In this document: positions 29,239-37,526 of the stretch, piece after piece
Layout: each line of letters opens with the position of its first letter
Numbering within the stretch: position 1 is the stretch's first letter
Assembly: GCA_043825735.1 (NCBI GenBank)
Contig: JBDRRP010000017.1
Location: 1 to 54,565 of the forward strand
Length of the DNA: 54,565 nucleotides
Reading direction: 5' to 3'
Origin: Pseudomonadota bacterium
GTDB lineage: Bacteria > Desulfobacterota > Desulfobacteria > Desulfobacterales > JBDRRP01
Translations under genes and position numbers: made by a program
Notes under the pieces: generated by a model
The model's database searches: none
Told to the model about the DNA's origin: nothing
What the model saw: the letters and a program-made list of their open reading frames with translations, nothing else

Positions 29239-29724
29239 TCAAATTTCCCGTACGGCCAGCATGAATTTGTTTTCCAGCTGAAACGCGTCGTCGAAAAAAT
29301 AGACGTGAACGGACATGGCCAGCCAGATCAGGTCCCGCACCGCGGTGGCCCAGGTCATGGGCTCGTCGACATTGTGAAAACAGCCGCAGTCGATGGGTAT
29401 CTGCCGCAGCAGACTGATTGCGATGGCCACCGTGAATAGCGCCAGCATGACCGAAATGGCTAGGGCCGCCGCCTTGGACCGGACGCCGGCGACCAACATG
29501 AGGCCGCAGATCAACTCCGCCCAGGGAAGGGTAACGGCCAGCAGGTTGACCGCCCAGAACGGCACCAGCTGATAGCCGGCGATGATCTCGGCGAATTCCC
29601 CGGCGTAATTGATCTTGGCCATGCTCGCGTAGATGAACACGCCGCCGACCACAAGCCGAAACACCAGCGCCAGGTACCGGTGGCCGCTGCGGGCGCCCAA
29701 ACGCTGCCAGAGCTTACCGTTCAA
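29239..29724 (-). CDS. MauE/DoxX-family redox-associated membrane protein
   Basis: RLVVGGVFIYASMAK, LPWAELICG, IDCGCF, RDL. TTG start overlaps the upstream stop. Confidence 0.9.
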   Translation of the reverse strand: MNGKLWQRLGARSGHRYLALVFRLVVGGVFIYASMAKINYAGEFAEIIAGYQLVPFWAVNLLAVTLPWAELICGLMLVAGVRSKAAALAISVMLALFTVAIAISLLRQIPIDCGCFHNVDEPMTWATAVRDLIWLAMSVHVYFFDDAFQLENKFMLAVREI

Positions 29725-31417
29725 CGGGATACCCCTGCCTTTCCCAGGCCGCCAGGCCGCCGTCCAGAACCATAACTTTTTCGTGGTCCCGCTGTCGGAG
29801 CCGCTGGGCCACCACCGCATCGTAATGCCGGCTCACCGTGCGCCCGTAGACAATGATCGATTGCTCAAGGCTGACGCGGCTCAGGTGCATCATGTAGACG
29901 ATATCGAAAAGCGCCGGCGTGAGATTGACCGCGGCAGGGATGTGTTCCCGCTCGAAAAGCGCCCTGGGCCGGGCATCAACCAGAACGGCTCGGCCGGCAT
30001 CCAGCAAGAACCGGGCCTCGGCAGCCTGGATCCGGGGCGATTCGCTCTGGCTCATGGATTCGGAAAGCAGTGGGATCCCATTCGGGCTGGCGCCGTTGAA
30101 CAGGATGCCCACAATGACCGCGAAAGCCAGGATCAGGATAAAATCCAGCACCGAGGCATGACCGGTCCGCTGCAGTTCCTTGTGAACAAGGGCTTTTATG
30201 TGCGCCTTGGCCTTTTCGAGCAGATCGATTTTCTGGCGCGCTTCCGAGAGTGCGCGAATGGCGGCCTCGAGCGCGATGTTGCGCTGCTTGAGGTCATCGT
30301 TGAGCGCCCCGATGGCCTCATAGGCGTGCACGTTGCGGCAATAGACCATAAATGTGGAAACATAGGTCAGCAACAGATCCTCTTCGGCTGGCGGCAGGGT
30401 TCCGGCGGACAGCGAGGGGCCCAGGGCCAGAAATCCGATCAGCGATGTGTCCACGACGAACGCCAGGGCCACCTGGGTACCCATGGAAAACCCGAAGTCG
30501 TCGAAAATGGCCGGCGTCTGGATCCAGGACTTGCTCATGGGGGCCATCTTTTTATCTTCACATACTTCCAGCAGCCTTAGGTAGCATGCTTCAAATGCCG
30601 CCGCGTCCAGTTGGGGTGCGTTTTCGACGCCACGCGCGACGGTACAGACCTTTCTGGCGCTGCGGTCGTAGACAATGGCCACGCCGCTGCGGACGCTGAA
30701 TGTTCCGATGGCCGTCAGAAGAAAGGCTTCGAGCAGTTTGCGGGTTTCAGAAATCTGGCTCAGCTCCACGGACAGATCGTTGAGGGCATTGAGATGAAAA
30801 AGGCTGCGGTCCAGGCGCCCGCGGGTTTCCTGCGCCTCATCCAGGGCACTCTGGAGCGATCGGTTCTTTTTTTCCAAATCCGCGTTGAGTTGATGGATGC
30901 TTTGCGTCGCGAGGGCATGGGCCACGGCACCGATGAGGATGTTGACGAGGCCGTGCAGCAGCTCGAGCCCGTCTTCGTCGAGCTCCTGGCCGGTAAACGG
31001 TGCCCCGAACCCCACGACGCCGGAAAACTGATTGTCGACATTCCACAGCACCAACATGCGTGTGCCGGATGGGAAAATCGCCGGGTCTGCGATTTCCGCT
31101 GCGTTGTCCACGATGAGCGGCCGCGGCGAGGCGACAGCGTCGTCATTGGTCCATGAAAAGTATCGATCGCAGATGGCGGGGATGCTGTTTTCCATCCCCG
31201 TCGCCTCGGCCGCCGTCATCCCCCGGCTGGTGACGGTGCCGCTTTTGGACGGGGTGTGGAGCAGGGCGGCGAACCCGAAAGCGATTCCCAAAGGGCCCAT
31301 GGCCGTAAGCAAAAAAGCGTCCAGAATCTTCTTGGGCTGAATAAAGGATGGCAGCTCCCGCGACGCCTCGTGGAGGGTTTTCAGATAGAAGCGTTTTTTT
31401 TCGAGTTCCAGGGGCAT
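29714..31417 (-). CDS. Tandem GAF-like domains + TM helix + Cys-less rhodanese domain
   Basis: Internal repeat (LHEASREL...LDAFLLTAMG and LNDLSVEL...LEAFLLTAIG), coiled coils, a TM helix, then LVDARP..HIPAAVNL, IIVYGR and LDGGLAAW. Confidence 0.8.
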   Translation of the reverse strand: MPLELEKKRFYLKTLHEASRELPSFIQPKKILDAFLLTAMGPLGIAFGFAALLHTPSKSGTVTSRGMTAAEATGMENSIPAICDRYFSWTNDDAVASPRPLIVDNAAEIADPAIFPSGTRMLVLWNVDNQFSGVVGFGAPFTGQELDEDGLELLHGLVNILIGAVAHALATQSIHQLNADLEKKNRSLQSALDEAQETRGRLDRSLFHLNALNDLSVELSQISETRKLLEAFLLTAIGTFSVRSGVAIVYDRSARKVCTVARGVENAPQLDAAAFEACYLRLLEVCEDKKMAPMSKSWIQTPAIFDDFGFSMGTQVALAFVVDTSLIGFLALGPSLSAGTLPPAEEDLLLTYVSTFMVYCRNVHAYEAIGALNDDLKQRNIALEAAIRALSEARQKIDLLEKAKAHIKALVHKELQRTGHASVLDFILILAFAVIVGILFNGASPNGIPLLSESMSQSESPRIQAAEARFLLDAGRAVLVDARPRALFEREHIPAAVNLTPALFDIVYMMHLSRVSLEQSIIVYGRTVSRHYDAVVAQRLRQRDHEKVMVLDGGLAAWERQGYPVER

Positions 31418-31469
31418 GGTCGCGGCTCTTCGGGAAGGTTCACCGGCAAAACGGCAGGCACGTCGCTGG

Positions 31470-32030
31470 TCAGCGGCCCAGCAGGCTCTTGATGGTCTGG
31501 TAGAATCCGTCAATTTCCTGAAAGGTCCCGGCATGGACAAAAAGCACCCGGCCCTGCCGGTCGGCCACCAGTGTGAACGGCGTCCGCGGTTCGCCCAGCA
31601 GTTTATGGACCGAAAACTTTTCGTCCTCCACCACGGGGAATCGGTGTCCCCACTGCTGACGCACCATATCGGCCTCAGCCTGCGTGGCGCCCGCGGCAAT
31701 CGCCAACATCTTGACCGCTTCGCCGAGCTTGGCTCTTTCCAGCCGCTTTTGCAGGGTGTTTAACAGCGGGGCCTGCTCATAGCATCGCGGACAGTATGCG
31801 CCGACGATTTCGACGACGATGATCCGGCAATCCACATCCCGGATCTGAAACGAATCCCCTGAAATCCCCAGGTACTGACGGTCTTGCGCGTCAATTGGGG
31901 CCGTAATCTGGAACTCCGGAAGCGCGGCGCCCTTTGCGGGCAACTCGCGCGCAACCGCAGAAAATGGCTGCAGCACCGCCAGACACAGCAGGCATGCCAC
32001 CGGCGCTGTCATACGCCTCAGCTTATCCAT
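31470..32030 (-). CDS. Exported TlpA-like redoxin
   Basis: Signal peptide, GAYCPRC, cis-Pro loop RTPFT. Confidence 0.88.
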   Translation of the reverse strand: MDKLRRMTAPVACLLCLAVLQPFSAVARELPAKGAALPEFQITAPIDAQDRQYLGISGDSFQIRDVDCRIIVVEIVGAYCPRCYEQAPLLNTLQKRLERAKLGEAVKMLAIAAGATQAEADMVRQQWGHRFPVVEDEKFSVHKLLGEPRTPFTLVADRQGRVLFVHAGTFQEIDGFYQTIKSLLGR

Positions 32031-32087
32031 TTCTTCTCCTCAATCCTTTTTGCTGCCACAGGGTGACTCAGGGCGGCCGGGCGCCGG

Positions 32088-32804
32088 TCACAGTGGCCCC
32101 AGCAGAGCGGCCTGCTCCGAATCGAACACGCTGGCCAATTTCGAAATGCCGACGATATCGAAAACCTTGCTGAAATTGATCGACGGAGCCACGACAGCCA
32201 CCGGATGCCCCTTCTTCCTGCCGGCTAAAAGAAGTTGCGCCAGAACGGCCAGACCGGCGCCGTTGATGGTAGCGTTTTCGGAAAAATTGATCACGATTCG
32301 GCCCTTCATCAGAGCCAGTGCCTCAGTGTATGCCGCATCGATATGCGTCTCCGAACCCGAATTGAATCGGCCCTGGATGTCAATGACGGCGGCGTCGCCA
32401 TGGGCCCGAACGTCGATCTCGTTTTGTTTATTGCGGGCGAGCCGCATCCGTTCTTCCGCCCTTTTGAGTGCCTGATCCAAAGCCTGACGCTGAATGGGTT
32501 TATTGATGAAGTCGGTGGCGTCCAGGTTCAGGGCCTGAATGGCCAGGTCCATGTCGCCGTGTCCGGTGATCACGATGACTTCCGTCTGGGGGGCGATTTC
32601 CTTGATGCGCCGCAACACCTCGATGCCCTGCATCTGTGGCATCCGAATGTCGGTGATTACGAGCGGTGGATGCTCCCGTGCAAAAACCGCCAGCCCCTCC
32701 TCCCCGCTGGTGGCCGTAAACACGGTGTGGCCGTAAGCGCCCAGAAAGAGGCGGAACATGGTCAACGTCGGGGTTTCATCGTCGATGACAAGGATGCTGT
32801 GCAT
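32088..32804 (-). CDS. Response regulator receiver + STAS (anti-sigma antagonist-like) domain
   Basis: ILVIDDE, ITDIRMP, ITGHG, FINKP; C-terminal VINFSENATINGAGLAVL...VFDIVGI. Confidence 0.9.
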   Translation of the reverse strand: MHSILVIDDETPTLTMFRLFLGAYGHTVFTATSGEEGLAVFAREHPPLVITDIRMPQMQGIEVLRRIKEIAPQTEVIVITGHGDMDLAIQALNLDATDFINKPIQRQALDQALKRAEERMRLARNKQNEIDVRAHGDAAVIDIQGRFNSGSETHIDAAYTEALALMKGRIVINFSENATINGAGLAVLAQLLLAGRKKGHPVAVVAPSINFSKVFDIVGISKLASVFDSEQAALLGPL

Positions 32805-32911
32805 TGCGGCGCCCCTTTTCAAGCGTTCCGGCCGGACCGAGCAGGCCAAGGTGTAAGACGGATTTCAGCACGCTCACTACCCCGAGAAACCCGCCGAATT
32901 CGTACAGAACT

Positions 32912-32940
32912 CTCATAATGGGGCGGGATCGTCATGTCAA
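32912..32940 (-). promoter_or_regulatory. Putative sigma70 promoter for the REC-STAS operon
   Basis: Minus strand TTGACA-17 nt-TATGAG. Confidence 0.55.
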
Positions 32941-33043
32941 CTCCGCCTGACACCAGGCACCGAGGCATCCGATAGGAACGCCCGTCCACGATCGGTCATG
33001 GATTTCCTTCCGCTGCCGCCGGTTTTTCCTTCAGCCGGGGCAT

Positions 33044-33649
33044 CTACTCTCCGGCCATCGTTTTTAGCCCCTCCACGATCACCTCCAGTTTGGGGCGCAT
33101 GTTGATATCACCCACAAAAACCGAGGAAATACGCCCTTTCTTGTCGATGAAGACCAGCGCCCGCTCGGTGACGCCGTCGGTGCGCAGAACGCCGTAACTT
33201 GAGGCGACGGCGCCGTGGGGCCAGAAATCGGAGAGCACCGGGAACCACAACTCGCCCATCTGGCGGGTCCAGGCAAACAGGGTGGGGATATTGTCCACGG
33301 TGATGCCCAAAAGCACCGCGTCATACTTGTCGAAAAAGGGTCTGGCGATGTTGTAACCCGGCCACTGGTCGGAGCAGACCGGGGTCCAAGCCGCCGGCAC
33401 GAAGGAGAGCACCACATTTTTCTTTCCGATGTAATCGCTGAGCGTGACGATCTCTCCGGACACCGATTCCAGGTGAAAATCCGGAGCCGGGTCCCCCGGC
33501 TTGACTTTCAGGGTGCTGTCCACGGGATTGAGTTGGCCGGGGTTGTAGATATTGTCCTTGAATGCGTCGGAACGTGCCAGCGCCGCCGGGGGCACGGCGA
33601 CCAGGGTGGTCATCAAAACGGCAAGGGCCGCTATCGTCAAACGGTACAT
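33044..33649 (-). CDS. Exported AhpE-like peroxiredoxin (AhpC/TSA)
   Basis: Signal peptide, FVPAAWTPVC (PxxxTxxC), LSDFWPHGAVA, ERA. RBS GGAGG. Confidence 0.92.
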   Translation of the reverse strand: MYRLTIAALAVLMTTLVAVPPAALARSDAFKDNIYNPGQLNPVDSTLKVKPGDPAPDFHLESVSGEIVTLSDYIGKKNVVLSFVPAAWTPVCSDQWPGYNIARPFFDKYDAVLLGITVDNIPTLFAWTRQMGELWFPVLSDFWPHGAVASSYGVLRTDGVTERALVFIDKKGRISSVFVGDINMRPKLEVIVEGLKTMAGE

Positions 33650-33765
33650 GGGGTTACCTCCGTATGAGAAACGCATGTGTAACGTCTAAGACCAGTTCTA
33701 CCAACACCATTTTAGAGCTATTGACATAAATACGTTCCGTTTGCACAACACCTCCTGGTGAGCAT

Positions 33766-33850
33766 TGAAATCGAAATCGCTATCGGTATCGGTATCGGTC
33801 TTGGAAAACATCGATTTCGATCCCGATATCGATATCGATCCCGACCCCGA
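33766..33850. repeat. Hexamer-periodic palindromic element (empty form)
   Basis: AAATCG-AAATCG-CTATCG-GTATCG-GTATCG, a short loop, then CGATTT-CGATCC-CGATAT-CGATAT-CGATCC-CGACCC. Confidence 0.85.
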
Positions 33851-33899
33851 GAGAATCTCAGGGATGAAACGGAACATTATTCTGGCAATTACTCTAATC

Positions 33900-33983
33900 A
33901 CCACGAAGTTCACGAAGGACACGAAGGTTTTCTAACCATGTTGTTTTCAGGGTTTTCTTCGTGCACTTCGTGTTCTTCGTGGT
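33900..33983. repeat. 9-bp-periodic palindromic element, copy 1
   Basis: ACCACGAAG-TTCACGAAG-GACACGAAG ... CTTCGTGCA-CTTCGTGTT-CTTCGTGGT. Confidence 0.92.
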
Positions 33984-34020
33984 TCAAATTCATTTACGCT
34001 TTCTGGATAACCGGAAAACC

Positions 34021-34590
34021 TTATTTACCTATACCGGCGTCGCGGGCGATGCCGTCCAGGAACTGATCCACATCGGCAATGCCGCCGAGCTTTGAGAAAA
34101 TCACTTCCATGGCGCCGTCCGGCAGGCGTTTCATCGCAAAGAAATAAGGTGTGCGCACCTCGCCCACCAGCTTGTGGATCGACAGGTCCCCGTCGGAAAA
34201 GAGCGGGAAGAGAACGCTGTAAGTCTCACGGAAAAGATCCACCTCCATGGGCGAATTGCCGGCGCCGATGCCGATGAGCTTCACTTTTCCGGCCGTGTCC
34301 GACCTGGACTGGATGGCCTTGTAAAGGCGGTTCACCTGCGGCGCCTCCTTCTGGCAGAAGGGGCAGTACATGCTGAAGATTTCGATGATCAGCACCTGTC
34401 CGGCAGTCTGGCCGATCCGGAACGTCTCCTTGCCGGACACGCCGAGTTCAGCGTTGTGCGCGGCGTTTGCGGGCGCCGAAAGCGCCAGATCCGGAAAACG
34501 CTCTCCCACGGCCGGGGCACCGGCGACAGCCAGGCACGGCAGCGCCAGCAGGCACAAAACGGAAACGACAGTGGTCATTATCGACTTCAT
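34021..34590 (-). CDS. Exported TlpA-like redoxin
   Basis: Signal peptide, FSMYCPFC, RTPYF. RBS GAGGAGG. Confidence 0.9.
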   Translation of the reverse strand: MKSIMTTVVSVLCLLALPCLAVAGAPAVGERFPDLALSAPANAAHNAELGVSGKETFRIGQTAGQVLIIEIFSMYCPFCQKEAPQVNRLYKAIQSRSDTAGKVKLIGIGAGNSPMEVDLFRETYSVLFPLFSDGDLSIHKLVGEVRTPYFFAMKRLPDGAMEVIFSKLGGIADVDQFLDGIARDAGIGK

Positions 34591-34612
34591 ACCCAACGCC
34601 TCCTCATCGTTT

Positions 34613-34639
34613 GACAAACTCGTAAAAAAGCAATTTTCT
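34613..34639 (+). repeat. Left member of a ~27-bp inverted-repeat pair (partner at 36010-36037)
   Basis: GACAAACTCGTAAAAAAGCAATTTTCT versus the reverse complement of the partner, GACAAACTCGTTAAAATAGCAATTTTCT. Confidence 0.85.
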
Positions 34640-34678
34640 GGTTATGCACTATTCTCAAGTTGGGGTTTCGGCTGTTTC

Positions 34679-34803
34679 GTAGGGGAGGGGTTTTCTTGTC
34701 CGCCATAGCCTTGGCGACGGAGGATCCCCTCCCGCAATCGGCGCAGATCACCCCAACTGTTTGTGTTTACCGATCACGGGCGGGGGTAAACCCCGCACCC
34801 TAC
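34679..34803. repeat. GTAG-type REP doublet (REPIN-like) with a nested small hairpin
   Basis: GTAGGGGAGGGGTTTTC[TTGTCCGCCATAGCCTTGGCGACGGAGGA]TCCCCTCCC ... GGGCGGGGGTAAACCCCGCACCCTAC. Confidence 0.8.
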
Positions 34804-34977
34804 ACTGATTGAGTGGTCTCTGGGACCCACATGGAATACCGCGATGGATGCTTCACTGCATCGACTAATTTCATATGTCCAATCTGCGCCTGCCCATTCA
34901 CTGAAAAATGGCGCATAAACAGGAATAGTTTTAATATCTATATGTTAGAGCGATTGTTCCTAACGCCGCCATGCGGC

Positions 34978-35955
34978 TCATATCTTCCACCGGCGACGGT
35001 AGGGACCGGTCGCCATGACGATGGTGCCGGGCCCCGGGGCCGTTTCCAGAAGATCGAGGGCGCGCTGGATGACACTGAGCTGGGTATCCCTGTCGCCGGG
35101 AGGCCCCACCGGGCGGCCCATGGGGTGGGGGGTCAAGAGCACCCGCGGCAGGCGCATCATGCGCATCCGGTTTTCAAAAGCCGCCACCGCGATGATCACG
35201 GTGGCGATGCCGGCTTCTTCCAGAAGCCGCGCCACGTGCCCCATGGACACGTGGCAGACCGGTCAGACCGGCACCAGCAGCGCGGCATCCACCGCCTGGT
35301 CGACAAGCCGCGCCACCCACTCGGGCCCGCTTCGTTTCAAAAGACGCTTCTGGCTGCAGGCGCCCACAAACGAATAGGCGACTGGAGACAGCTCGCCGAT
35401 GAGACCGGCCGCTGCCAGTTCCCGGAGCCGCTCCAGGGGCAGGGCCACGTTGGGATCGGCAGCGGCGCCGGTGATGTCATAACCGGGATGACGCAGCCGC
35501 AGCATCGCTGGCGGCGTGTCCACCGGGATGGCAGAAAGCACCGGCTCCGCCTTTACAAATTCCATGACCCGCTGCACGGCTGTTTCCTGGCTCATGTCCT
35601 CGACGCCGAACGGTTTGGGGTCGTCACCGGCCACGAAATGACCGCTGGAGGCCATCACGGCCAGGCGGATCTCCGACAAGGGTTTTGTCATCGGCGTGAA
35701 CGGTCCGGTCTCGTAGCCGAAATTCTTTTGCTCCCGGTAGCCGGCGGCCTGCCAAAGCAAGACCAGGTCGGTGAGCCGGGCCGGGTCCCCCTCATCGACA
35801 GTGCCCGCCACGACGCGCAGCAGTTCCTGAAAAAACCGGCCGGCCTCCGCGTCGCTGAGGTGGGAGAGAAACTTGAAGTTAAGATCCGTGCGGATGCCGT
35901 ATGATAAAGAATCCTTGAATGCCTTGAAGGTTTCCGGATGAGCGTCGGCGTCCAT
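34978..35955 (-). CDS. PrdB/GrdB-like selenoprotein B family protein (325 aa, Sec at the in-frame TGA 35263-35265)
   Basis: Track ORFs 35263-35955 and 34978-35250 are in the same frame, giving ...DAALLVPV-U-PVCHVSMGHVARLLEEAGIATV...PRVL...HPMGRPVGPPGD. Upstream family motifs KPLSEIRLAVMASSG, HPGYD, DPNVALPLERLREL. Confidence 0.9.
35231..35255 (-). promoter_or_regulatory. Candidate bacterial SECIS hairpin
   Basis: mRNA GCCACGUGUCC-AUG-GGGCACGUGGC, a 10-11 bp stem separated from the UGA by 7 nt. Confidence 0.65.
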
Positions 35956-35980
35956 TGAAGTCTCCTGGATATAGATGATG

Positions 35981-36037
35981 TCTTTCTTGGCGTGCTTGGC
36001 GCCTTTGCGAGAAAATTGCTATTTTAACGAGTTTGTC
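35981..36037 (-). repeat. Right inverted-repeat member fused to a 9-bp-periodic arm
   Basis: Reverse complement GACAAACTCGTTAAAATAGCAATTTTC-TCGCAAAG-GCGCCAAG-CACGCCAAG-AAAGA. Confidence 0.8.
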
Positions 36038-36107
36038 CACTTTAGACAAAGAACATAGTCACCCGCGGCAGCGGTTCAAGAGCTCACACGGCGATCATGG
36101 CCGATAC

Positions 36108-37526
36108 CTAAAAACCCCGCACCGCAGCTTGGGCCAGCGCGATCAGATACCGCGGGAAAATGCCGCCAATCACCATAACGGCGATCAGCATGCCGGCAAG
36201 CACCCGGATGTGGGGGGGCACCACCGGGGAGGGCAGCGTGTCGTCAGGCTCGGTGAGATAGGCCGCCTTGAGCACCAGCAGGTAGTAGTAAAGGGAGATC
36301 ACCACGTTGATCATGGCGATGATGATCAGGGAAAGGTAGCCCTTTTCCATGGCCGCGGTAAAGAGCAGCAGTTTTCCGGTGAACCCGATGGTGGGCGGGA
36401 TGCCGGCCAGGCCGAACAGCGCCACCATGAGCATCAGGGCCGGCACCGGAGCGCGGCGGTGCAATCCGGCCAGCTGGGCTACCGCCGGGTTCTGGTCCCC
36501 GACAGCCACCATGACCACCACCAGAAAGCAGGCGAACTTCATGACCAGGAGGGCCACGGCGTAAAACACGGCGCCGGCGTACCCGGACGGGCTCATGCAA
36601 AGGATGCCGATCATCACGTAGCCGGCGTGGGCGATGCTGCTGAAGGCCAGCAGCCGCTTGAAATCCTTTTGGACGACGGCCATCAGATTGCCGATGGTCA
36701 TGGAAACGATGGCCAGCGCGGCCAAACTGTGGATGATGAACGGGTTGCTCGCCCCGGTCAGGGCCGTCATGCGGATCAGAACGGCAATGGCCGCGACCTT
36801 TGAGACCGTCGCGATATAGGCGGCCACCGGGTGGGGCGCGCCGGCATAGACGTCCGGGGCCCAGAAATGGAAGGGAAACAGCGCCAGCTTGAAGAAGAAT
36901 CCACAAAGGCTCAGCAGCAGGCCGATCGCGGCAAGCGGCTGCCCCATCAGCCCGGGCAGCGTTCTCAGCAGACCGACGAGTGAGGTCTGACCGGTCTGGC
37001 TGTAAAGCAGCGCCATTCCCAGAAGCATCGTGGCCGAAGCAGCCGCCCCGATGAGAAAATACGTGATCCCGGTCCGGGTCCCCAACGGTTGTTGCCGTCT
37101 CAGGCTGGCCAGAATGTAGAGGCTGTAGCTGGAAATTTCCAGCGTCAGGTAAACCGCCAGCAGGTGGACACTGCTGACGAGCATCATCACGGCCAGCGTG
37201 CTGGTACTCAGCAGGAAAAAGAACTCCGGGTGGCGCCGCTCGGCGACGCCGTCCAGATGGCCGCACAGGCAGACCACCAGAAAGAACCCCATGGACAAAA
37301 GACACTTGAACACCTGCGAAAACAGATCCACCCGGTAGACTTCGGAAAAAAAGTCGCCGGAGGCGTGAATGCAGGCCAGACTGACGCCGACGCCCACGGT
37401 GGAAAGGATCAGTGCGAGATGATAGTCCCGACCGGATTCCGACGGCGGCATCATGGCCCGCACGAAGAAAACAGCACAGGTGGCGATCAGCACCATCTCA
37501 GGAGTGAGGGCCATCCACCCGTTCAT
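36108..37526 (-). CDS. nuoN: NADH-quinone oxidoreductase subunit N
   Basis: LEISSYSLY, FFKLALFPFHFWAPDVY, KRLLAFSSIAHAGY, GIPPTIGFTGK. Confidence 0.95.
   Translation of the reverse strand: MNGWMALTPEMVLIATCAVFFVRAMMPPSESGRDYHLALILSTVGVGVSLACIHASGDFFSEVYRVDLFSQVFKCLLSMGFFLVVCLCGHLDGVAERRHPEFFFLLSTSTLAVMMLVSSVHLLAVYLTLEISSYSLYILASLRRQQPLGTRTGITYFLIGAAASATMLLGMALLYSQTGQTSLVGLLRTLPGLMGQPLAAIGLLLSLCGFFFKLALFPFHFWAPDVYAGAPHPVAAYIATVSKVAAIAVLIRMTALTGASNPFIIHSLAALAIVSMTIGNLMAVVQKDFKRLLAFSSIAHAGYVMIGILCMSPSGYAGAVFYAVALLVMKFACFLVVVMVAVGDQNPAVAQLAGLHRRAPVPALMLMVALFGLAGIPPTIGFTGKLLLFTAAMEKGYLSLIIIAMINVVISLYYYLLVLKAAYLTEPDDTLPSPVVPPHIRVLAGMLIAVMVIGGIFPRYLIALAQAAVRGF

Noticed and set aside
33698..34066. 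ORFs 33698-33922 (-) and 33758-34066 (+)
   Set aside because: Translations (DTDTDSDFDF, HEVHEGHE) are by-products of the 6- and 9-bp repeats.
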